Shown: positions 49,801 to 61,800 of the stretch, piece after piece | How positions within the stretch are numbered: the first letter of the stretch is position 1 | How the letters are laid out: every line of letters begins with the position of its first letter | Assembly: GCF_902652985.1 (NCBI RefSeq) | Contig: NC_047022.1 | Location: forward strand, 1,860,001 to 1,924,000 | DNA from: Pecten maximus | Lineage: Eukaryota | Length of the DNA: 64,000 nt | Reading direction: 5' to 3' | Translations under genes and position numbers: made by a program | Notes under the pieces: generated by a model | Databases searched by the model: none | Seen by the model: the letters and a program-made list of their open reading frames with translations, nothing else | What the model was told of the DNA's origin: nothing

Positions 49801-52800
49801 TACAGGTGACACATGTGTTTGTATGTAATACAGGTGAGACATGTATTTGTATGTAATACAGGTGAGACATGTATTTGTATGTAATACAGGTGAGACATGT
49901 ATTTGTATGTAATACAGGTGTGTACACATAAGCGACAGGTGACACATGTGTTTGTATGTAATACAGGTGAGACATGTATTTGTATGTAATACAGGTGACA
50001 CATGTGTTTGTATGTAATACAGGTGAGACATGTATTTGTATGTAATACAGGTGACACATGTGTTTGCATGTAATACAGGTGTGTACACATAAGCGACAGG
50101 TGACACATGTATTTGTATGTAATACAGGTGACACATGTGTTTGTATGTTATACAGGTGACACATGTGTTTGTATGTTATACAGGTGTGTACACATAAGGG
50201 ACATGTGACAAATGTGTTTGTAATACAGGTGTATACTTCTCATTGAGGAGATCTGAACGTCTGGTGTGATGGTCTGTCTCATTGAGGAGATCTGAACGTC
50301 TGGTGTGATGATCTGTCTCATTGAGGAGATCTGAACGTCTGGTGTGATGATCTGTCTCATTGAGGAGATCTGAATGTCTGGCCTGATGATCTGTGTCATT
50401 GAGGAGATCTGAACGTCTGGCCTGATGATCTGTCTCATTGAGGAGATCTGAACGTCTGGCCTGATGATCTGTCTCATTGAGGAGATCTGAACGTCTGGCC
50501 AGATGATCTGTCTCATTGAGGAGATCTGAACGTCTGGCCAGATGATCTGTCTCATTGAGGAGATCTGAACGTCTGGTTTGATGATCCGTCTCATTGAGGA
50601 GATCTGAACGTCTGGTGTGATGATCTGTCTCATTGAGGGGATCTGAACGTCTGGTGTGATGATCTGTCTCATTGAGGGGATCTGAACGTCTGGCCTGATG
50701 ATCTGTCTCATTGAGGAGATCTGAACGTCTGGTGTGATGATCTGTCTCATTGAGGTGATCTGAACGTCTGGTGTGATGATCTGTCTCATTGAGGAGATCT
50801 GAACGTCTGGTGTGATGATCTGTCTCATTGAGGAGATCTGAACGTCTGGTGTGATGATCTGTCTCATTGAGGTGATCTGAACGTCTGGTGTGATGATCTG
50901 TCTCATTGACGGGATCTGAATGTCTGGTGTGATGATCTGTCTCATTGAGGAGATCTGAACGTCTGGTGTGATGATCTGTCTCATTGAGGGGATCTGAACG
51001 TCTGGTGTGATGATCTGTCTCATTGAGGGGATCTGAACGTCTGGTGTGATGATCTGTCTCATTGACGGGATCTGAAAAGATTATGGGTGTCTGTCTTTAT
51101 AGTGTTGTCTAGTGTTATTTTCATTGTAGATATTTCAAACGTCAGTTGAATAGAAAATTTCATTTGTGACTAGAGGACCAACTAGTGCTTTGAACTTCAT
51201 ACACATTGTATGTATGTGTTGATTAAGAGTTTTTAATACAGATCCCTACCGATGGAAGCTAAAGTGGAGATTCTCCCGAGAGAGACACCACAGCTGCCCC
51301 CACCTCTCATCCCTGTGGGGGCCACGCCTATTGACCCTTCACCATCCCATGTCACCCAGGGAGCCATGCCCAACATCACTCACAGTAACGGGTTTGGCCT
51401 GGAGGACGATACTTACGACAATCTATGGCACGACAGTAAAGGATACGCACAGGTAGGTTTCTCAGTATAACATCACCACTTTTTGTCCTCGACGATTTTG
51501 CCGAGGGTGACGATGGTATTGAAATAGCAACTATAAGTGTCTACAAATAGATCATTAGAGCGCCTGTCAACAACCACATTAATGATATAAATATTTCAAA
51601 TCAGCAGTGATTAAGAATTTTGTATTTTAAAGCACTTAATGAATGGCAGAATATGACCGGGGGGGGATTTATTGAGGGCATTATGTAGTGAGGGAATTCT
51701 TTTTAAAGTTTCAGTTTTCTGTATGTGAGGGTGGTGGTTATATCAGACGGTGATATCTCAAGGGAGCAATGTCCTTAAGGATGTATGCTACCTTACAGGA
51801 CTGTCAGTAGAATTGTTGTTTACCATAAACAATACACAATGTATACAAAGTTTAGAATGACAATGAAAACAGCTTTACAGAGGATATATATAATGGCCAG
51901 GTAAAATTTTGCGTTTTAATTTTGATGGCCAGGTAAGATTTGTGTTTTAATTTTGATGGCTAGGTATAATTTTGTGTTTTAAAGTTGATGGCCAGGTAAA
52001 GTTTTGTGTTTTAAAGTTGATGGCCAGGTAAAATTTTGTTTTAATTTTGATGGCCAGGTAAAGTTTTGATGGCCAGGTAAAATTTTGTGTTTTAATCTTG
52101 ATGGCCAGGTAAAATTTTGTGTTTTAATTTTAATGGCCTGGTAAAGATTTGTGTTTTAATTTTGATGGCAAGGTAAGGTTTTGTATTTTAATTTTGATGG
52201 CCAGGTAAAATTTTGTGTTTTAATGTTGATGGCCAGGTAAAGTTTTGATGGCCAGATAAAATTTTGTGTTTTAATTTTAATCAAGTTCAAGTTCAAGTTC
52301 AAGTTTTATTTTATTTGAGTGTCACATGTCAATACAATACTTGATTAAAAAATGTACATAAGAACAATAAAATACATATTGACATCCAGCCATTATTGGC
52401 TTATGAGACACTAATTACGATTAAAATCTATTAAAAGCTATCAATTATGCTATCCGTTATTGTTAAATTATACAATGATTAAAATATATAGATTATCAAT
52501 GTCACATACTTATTTTTTGTGTTTTAATTTTGATGGCCAGGTAAAGAAGAAGCCTCCTCTGTCTGAGCCACGCAAGCTGTTTGTTGTGAGACATGGCGAG
52601 CGAGTGGATTTTGCTTTGGGAAAGGAATGGTTTGACATGTGTTTTAATGATGACGGTAGGTAGTGCATGTCAAACCATCAAAACACCACAATCCTAACAC
52701 AACCATCCTAACACCACGATCCTAACCCAAATATCCTAACACCACGATCCTAACACCACGATCCTAACACCACAATCCTTACACCATGATCCTAAAACCA

Positions 52801-55800
52801 CGATCCTAACACCACGATCCTAACACCACGATCCTAACACCACGATCCTAACACAACCATCCTAACACCACAATCCTAATACCACGATCCTAACACCACG
52901 ATCCTAACACAACCATCCTAACACCACAATCCTAACACTACGATCCTAACACCACGATCCTAATACCACGATCCTAACACAACGATCCGAACACCACGAT
53001 CCTAACACCATGATCCTAACACTACGATCCTAACACCATGATCCTAATACCACGACCCTAATACAACCATCCTAACACCACGATCCAAACACCACGATCC
53101 TAACACCACGATCCTAACACCACGATCCTAATATAACCATCCTAACACTACGATCCTAACACCACGATCCTTACACCACGATCCTAACACTACGATCCTA
53201 ACACCACGATCCTAACACCACGATCCTAATACCACGATCCTAACACCACGATCCTAATACCACGATCCTTACACCACGACCCTAACACCATGATCCAAAC
53301 ACCATGATCCTAACACCATGATCCTAACACCACGATCCTAACACCATGATCCTAACACCACGATTCTTACACCACAATCCTAACACCATGATCCAAACAC
53401 CATGATCCTAACACCACGATCCTAACACCATGATCCTAACACCACGATCCTAACACCACGATCCTTACACCATGATCCTAACACCACGATCCTAACACCA
53501 TGATCCTAACACCATGATCCTAACACCACGATCCTAACACCACGATCCAAACACCATGATCCTAACACAACCATCCTAACACCATGATCCTAATATAACA
53601 ATCCTAACACCACGATCCTAATACCACGATCCTAACACCATGATCCTAACACCACAATCCAAACACCATGATCCTAACACAACCATCCTAACACTACGAC
53701 CCTAATACAACCATCCTAACACCACGATCCAAACACCACGATCCTAAAACCACGATCCTAATATAACCATCCTAATATAACCATCCTAACACTACGATCC
53801 TAACACCACGATCCTTACACCACGATCCTAACACCACGATTCTAACACAACCATCCTAACACTACGATCCTAACACCACGATCCTAATACCACGATCCTT
53901 ACACCACGATCCTAACACCATGATCCCTAATACCACGATCCTAACACCATGATCCTAACACCACAATCGTAACACCATGATCCAAACACCATGATCCTAA
54001 CACCACGATCCTAATACAACGATCCTAACACCATGATCCTAACACCACAATCCTAACACCATGATCCTAACACCACAATCCTAACAACCACGATCCTAAC
54101 GCTATGATCCTAACACCACGACCCTAACACCACGATCCTAATACAACGATCCGAACACCACGATCCTAACACCACAATCCGAACACCACGATCCTAACAC
54201 CACAATCCGAACACCACAATCCTAACACCACAATCCTAACACCACAATCCTAACACCACGATCCTAACACCATGATCCTAACACCACGATCTTAATATAA
54301 CCATCCTAATATAACCATCCTAACACTACGATCCTAACACCACAATCCTAACACCACAATCCTAACACCACAATCCTAACACCATGATCCTAACACCATG
54401 ATCCTAACACCACGATCTTAACACCATGATCCTAACACCACGATCTTAACACCACGATCCTTACACCACGATCCTTACACCACGATCCTAATACCACAAT
54501 CCTAACACCACGATCCTAACACCACGATCCTAACACCATGATCCTAACACTTCGATCCTAACACCACGATCCTTACACTACGATCAACACCACGATCCTA
54601 ACACCATGATCCTTACACCACGATCCTAACATCACGATCCTAATACCACGATCCTAACACCATGATCCTAACACCACAATCCTAACACCATGGTCCAAAC
54701 ACCATGATCCTAACACCATGATCCTAACACCACGATCTTAACACCACAATCCTAACACCATGGTCCAAACACCATGATCCTAACACCATGATCCTAACAC
54801 CACGATCTTAACACCACAATCCTAACACCATGATCCTAACACCACAATCCTAACACCATGATCCTAACACCACAATCCTAACACCACGATCCTAACACCA
54901 CGATCCTAACACCAATTGTTCGCCTAAGATTCCTTTGTTCCATTCATCCTCAATAGTCATTACCATTGATGATAAATGGAATCTTCCATAACTAACTATC
55001 ATGCCATATCCTCTTATGATATTAGAACATTTAGCTCTGTCAGACCCAGAGCTCTTCAAATACTTGTCATGTATGGAATCATCTGAAGGTGTCATGTATG
55101 GAATCATCTCAAGGTGCTGTATGTAAATTATGAAATGTGTCAGAATCTTCAATAACCATGAGACCAAGGGTCATGATATCAGGCCAGTAACAGACCGGGG
55201 TAATGGGCCAAGATCGCTACAGGCCCTAGGGGTCTCTTGACAACTTAATGTGGTTACTTCTATGCCATCAACCTAACACTTGATGATATCGGTTTCACTA
55301 TCATACATTTTTATGTAATTGACATTATTCCAGGTAACTACAAAAGGAGCAATTTGAATTTACAAAGGGAACTACCAAAGAGGAAGACACACCTGGAGTT
55401 TATCAAAGACCCTCCATTAACAGTGATAGGTCTACATCAGGCTAAACTCACAGGTAAGATACAGGTAGATAAAACAGGTGAAAATACAGGTAAATAAAAG
55501 GTAAAGACATGTAAATATATAGGTAAATAAAACAGGTAAAAATACAGGTAGATCAAAGAGGTGAAAATACAGGTAAATAACTGGTAAAGACACATGTAAA
55601 TATATAGGTAAATAAAACAGGTAAAATATAGGTAGATCAAACAGGTAAATATACAGGTAAATAAAACAAGTAAACATACAGGTAAATAAAGCAGGTAGAA
55701 ATAAAGGAAAATAAAACAGGTAAATATACAAGTAATTAAAACAGGTAAAATACAGGTATAGCAAACAGGTAGAACTATAGGAAAATAAAAAATACAGGTA

Positions 55801-58800
55801 GATCAAAGAGGTATAAAATACAAGTAGCAGTAGAAAAATGCATACCATACATATTTATATTCAATTAAACAGATCAATAATACAGGTAAAAATGTCCCCA
55901 TACATCAGTTTGTTAAGTAAGTCAGCATCTGTGTCCCTCCAGCATTAATCATTTCCTGATGACTTATAGGCCTAGTCACAATATTTAGACCTCTGATGAA
56001 TTAAACAGACTAGAGTCACAATATTTAGACCTCTGATGAATTAAACAGACTAGAGTCACAATATTTACAGATTTCTAATAAACTAAACAGACTAGAGTCA
56101 CAATATTTACAGACTTCCAATAAACTAAACAGACTAGAGTCACAATATTTAGACCTCTGATGAATTAAACAGACTAGAGTCACAATATTTACAGATTTCT
56201 AATAAACTAAACAGACTAGAGTCACAATATTTAGACCTCTGATGAATTAAACAGACTAGAGTCACAATATTTACAGATTTCTAATAAACTAAACAGACTA
56301 GAGTCACAATATTTACAGACTTCCAATAAACTAAACAGACTAGAGTCACAATATTTAGACCTCTGATGAATTAAACAGACTAGAGTCACAATATTTACAG
56401 ATTTCTAATAAACTAAACAGACTAGAGTCACAATATTTACAGACTTCCAATAAACTAAACAGACTAGAGTCACAATATTTACAGATTTCTGATAAACTAA
56501 ACAGACTAGAGTCACAATATTTACAGATTTCTGATGAACTAAACAGACTAGAGTCACAATATTTACAGACTTCTAATAAACTAAACAGACTAGAGTCACA
56601 ATATTTACAGACTTCTAATAAACTAAACAGACTAGAGTCACAATATTTACAGACTTCCAATAAACTAAACAGACTAGAGTCACAATATTTACAGATTTCT
56701 AATGAACTAAACAGACTAGAGTCACAATATTTACAGATTTCTAATGAACTAAACAGACTAGAGTCACAATATTTACAGACTTCTAATAAACTAAACAGAC
56801 TAGAGTCACAATATTTACAGACCTCTAATGAACTAAACAGACTAGAGTCACAATATTTACAGACTTCCAATAAACTAAACAGACTAGAGTCACAATATTT
56901 ACAGATTTCTAATGAACTAAACAGACTAGAGTCACAATATTTACAGACTTCCAATAAACTAAACAGACTAGAGTCACAATATTTACAGATTTCCAATGAA
57001 CTAAACAGACTAGAGTCACAATATTTACAGACTTGTAATAAACTAAACAGACTAGAGTCACAATATTTACAGACTTCCAATAAACTAAACAGACTAGAGT
57101 CACAATATTTACAGACTTCCAATAAACTAAACAGACTAGAGTCACAATATTTACAGATTTCTAATGAACTAAACAGACTAGAGTCACAATATTTACAGAC
57201 TTCTAATAAACTAAACAGACTAGAGTCACAATATTTACAGACTTCCAATAAACTAAACAGACTAGAGTCACAATATTTACAGACCTCTAATGAACTAAAC
57301 GGACTAGAGTCACAATATTTACAGACTTCTAATAAACTAAACAGACTAGAGTCACAATATTTACAGACTTCCAATAAACTAAACAGACTAGAGTCACAAT
57401 ATTTACAGACTTCTAATAAACTAAACAGACTAGAGTCACAATATTTACAGACTTCCAATAAACTAAACAGACTAGAGTCACAATATTTACAGACTTCCAA
57501 TAAACTAAACAGACTAGAGTCACAATATTTACAGACTTCTAATAAACTAAACAGACTAGAGTCACAATATTTACAGATTTCTAATGAACTAAACAGACTA
57601 GAGTCACAATATTTACAGACTTCTAATAAACTAAACAGACTAGAGTCACAATATTTACAGATTTCTAATGAACTAAATAGACTAGAGTCACTAGTGATGT
57701 ATATTTCAGGGGAGAATCTCCTATAGAGAGATTCTGAGAGTGTTAGCCATTATAAGGCTCTGCTAACTTTAAAGTGATGTATATTTCAGGGGAGAATCTT
57801 CTAGAGAGTGGATCCACAGTGTTCTGTATATACTGTTCCCCTTCTTTAAGATGTGTTCAAACAGCGACAGAGATTTTCAAAGGTAAGCATGATGCTCTCT
57901 TCTCAGCACAGTGGTCCAGCGATAATCTTGACGATATCTAATAAGTCTGGAAAACATGTGATCTGGATGAAAATGTCAAGAAAGAGGTCTTCATTATTTT
58001 ACTTTTGTTAATACTGACCCGTCCTGAAATTTAACTACCTGTTCTGGAGAAGCTTTTTAGGCAGTTATCAAAATGAGACAGGAGTTGTATTGTATGGTGA
58101 CGTCTGGCCGCCATATCAAAATGAGACAGGTGTTGTATTGTATGGTGACGTCTGGCCGCCATATCAAAATGAGACAGGTGTTGTATTGTATGGTGACGTC
58201 TGGCCGCCATATCAAAATGAGACAGGTGTTGTATTGTATGGTGACGTCTGGCCGCCATATCAATATGACACAGGAGTTGTATTGTATGGTGACGTCTGGC
58301 CGCCATATCAAAATGAGACAGGAGTTGTATTGTATGGTGACGTCTGGCCGCCATATCAATATGAGACAGGAGTTGTATTGTATGATGACGTCTGGCCGCC
58401 ATATCAATATGAGACAGGAGTTGTATTGTATGGTATGAGACAGGAGTTGTATTGTATGGTGACGTCTGGCCGCCATATCAATATGACACAGGAGTTGTAT
58501 TGTATGGTGACGTCTGGCCGCCATATCAAAATGAGACAGGAGTTGTATTGTATGGTGACGTCTGGCCGCCATATCAATATGAGACAGGAGTTGTATTGTA
58601 TGATGACGTCTGGCCGCCATATCAATATGAGACAGGAGTTGTATTGTATGGTGACGTCTGGCCGCCATATCAAAATGAGACAGGTGTTGTATTGTATGGT
58701 GACGTCTGGCCGCCATATCAATATGAGACAGGAGTTGTATTGTATGGTGACGTCTGGCCGCCATATCAATATGAGACAGGTGTTGTATTGTATGGTGATG

Positions 58801-61800
58801 TCTGGCCGCCATATCAAAATGAGACAGGTGTTGTATTGTATGGTGACGTCTGGCCGCCATATCAATATGAGACAGGAGTTGTATTGTATGGTGACGTCTG
58901 GCCGCCATATCAATATGAGACAGGTGTTGTATTGTATGGTGACGTCTGGCCGCCATATCAATATGAGACAGGAGTTGTATTGTATGGTGACGTCTGGCCG
59001 CCATATCAAAATGAGACAGGTGTTGTATTGTATGGTGACGTCTGGCCGCCATATCAATATGAGACAGGAGTTGTATTGTATGGTGACGTCTGGCCGCCAT
59101 ATCAAAATGAGACAGGTGTTGTATTGTATGGTGACGTCTGGCCGCCATATCAATATGAGACAGGTGTTGTATTGTATGGTGACGTCTGGCCGCCATATCA
59201 ATATGAGACAGGAGTTGTATTGTATGGTGACGTCTGGCCGTCATATCAATATGAGACAGGTGTTGTATTGTATGGTATGAGACAGGAGTTGTATTGTATG
59301 GTATGAGACAGGAGTTGTATTGTATGGTATGAGACAGGAGTTGTATTGTATGGTGACGTCTGGCCGGCATATCAAAATGAGACAGGTGTTGTATTGTATG
59401 GTGATGTCTGGCCGCCATATCAAAATGAGACAGGTGTTGTATTGTATGGTGACGTCTGGCCGCCATATCAAAATGAGACAGGTGTTGTATTGTATGGTGA
59501 CGTCTGGCCGCCATATCAATATGACACAGGAGTTGTATTGTATGGTGACGTCTGGCCGTCATATCAATATGAGACAGGTGTTGTATTGTATGGTGATGTC
59601 TGGCCGTCATATCAATATGAGACAGGAGTTGTATTGTTTGGTATGAGACAGGAGTTGTATTGTATGGTGACGTCTGGCCGCCATATCAATATGAGACAGG
59701 AGTTGTATTGTATGGTGACGTCTGGCCGCCATATCAAAATGAGACAGGTGTTGTATTGTATGGTGATGTCTGGCCGCCATATCAAAATGAGACAGGTGTT
59801 GTATTGTATGGTGACGTCTGGCCGCCATATCAAAATGAGACAGGAGTTGTATTGTATGGTGACGTCTGGCCGGCATAAAGTCCGGCGATCTCTCTCAATC
59901 TAAACCAAGCTCCCTGACACTTTGTATGCTTTGTAATCATGATATTTTAGTTGCATTTGACGGAGTGGCATTTTGATTTGTCATTTGACGGAGTGGCATT
60001 TTGATTTGTCATTTGACGGAGTGGCATTTTGATTTGTCATTTGATGGAGTGGCATTTTGATTTGTCATTTGATCGACTTAAGTAGTTTTTGTCTTGAGAT
60101 CTGGAGATGAATCTCTTTGAAACATCAGGACGTATTTTAATTCCAATTTTTGTTAAAAACATTATTGCTTATGTTGTAATACCTCTGCAACGAAGCTAGG
60201 GGAGTTAACTGGAATCAGATTGTCTGTCCGTCCGTCCGTGGAGTTAACTGGAATCAGGTTGTTTGTCCGTCCATCCGTATTTCAATCCTGTGTTCACATA
60301 TCTTTAAACTTAAGCTTTTTCTATTAGTCATATAGTTATGGCTTCTGATAATAAGGAGGAATTTTATTGGTGACTTCTTATTATGTACATTTTGATATAA
60401 GATATAAAAGGTTTTTATCATAATGCAATCAAGGGACATAACTATGATATGAGTTGTCAAATTAGAGCAGCCCAGAAAACTCATAATCCGGACCATTTTG
60501 TTCGGGAAGGAAATTGTTGAGAATGACTTTATTTTCTGTAGATAATGTAGGTGACTTTATTTTCAGTAGATAATGTAGGTGACTTTATTTTCAGTAGATA
60601 ATGTTGGTGACTTTATTTTCTGTAGATAATGTAGGTGACTTTATTTTCAGTAGATAATGTAAGTGACTATATTTTCTGTAGATAATGTAGGCGACTTTAT
60701 GTTCAGTAGATAATGTAGGTGACTTTATGTTCAGTAGATAATGTAGGTGACTTTATTTTCAGTAGATAATGTAGGTGACTTTATTTTCTGTAGATAATGT
60801 AGGCGACTTTATTTTCAGTAGATAATGTAGGCGACTTTATTTTCAGTAGATATTGTAGGTGACTTTATTTTCAGTAGATAATGTAGGTGACTTTATTTTC
60901 AGTAGATAATGTAGGTGACTTTATTTTCAGTAGATAATTATATAATGTAGGTGACTTTATTTTCTGTAGATAATGTAGGTAACTTTATTTTCACAAGATA
61001 ATGTAGGTGACTTTATTTTCAGTAGATATTGTAGGTGACTTTATTTTCAGTAGATAATGTAGGTGACTTTATGTTCAGTAGATAATGTAGGTGACTTTAT
61101 TTTCAGTAGATAATGTAGGCGACTTTATGTTCAGTAGATAATGTAGGCGACTTTATGTTCAGTAGATAATGTTGGTGACTTTATTTTCTGTAGATAATGT
61201 AGGTGACTTTATTTTCAGTAGATAATGTAAGTGACTATATTTTCTGTAGATAATGTAGGCGACTTTATGTTCAGTAGATAATGTAGGTGACTTTATGTTC
61301 AGTAGATAATGTAGGTGACTTTATTTTCAGTAGATAATGTAGGTGACTTTATTTTCTGTAGATATTGTAGGTGACTTTATTTTCAGTAGATAATGTAGGT
61401 GACTTTATTTTCAGTAGATAATGTAGGTGACTTTATTTTCAGTAGATAATGTAGGCGACTTTATTTTCAGTAGATAATGTAGGCGACTTTATTTTCAGTA
61501 GATAATGTAGGCGACTTTATTTTCAGTAGATATTGTAGGTGACTTTATTTTCAGTAGATAATGTAGGTGACTTTATTTTCAGTAGATAATGTAGGTGACT
61601 TTATTTTCAGTAGATAATGTAGGTGACTTTATTTTCAGTAGATAATGTAGGTGACTTTATTTTCTGTAGATAATGTAGGCGACTTTATTTTCTGTAGATA
61701 ATGTAGGCGACTTTATTTTCAGTAGATAATGTAGGCGACTTTATTTTCAGTAGATATTGTAGGTGACTTTATTTTCAGTAGATAATGTAGGTGACTTTAT

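Noticed and set aside
52672-54915. Telomere-like CCTAA content
   Set aside because: CCTAA is embedded in a 14-bp unit, not a (TTAGG)n or (TTAGGG)n tract.
56355-59903. Repetitive ORFs on both strands
   Set aside because: Products of the 42-bp and 48-bp minisatellites in UBASH3 introns.
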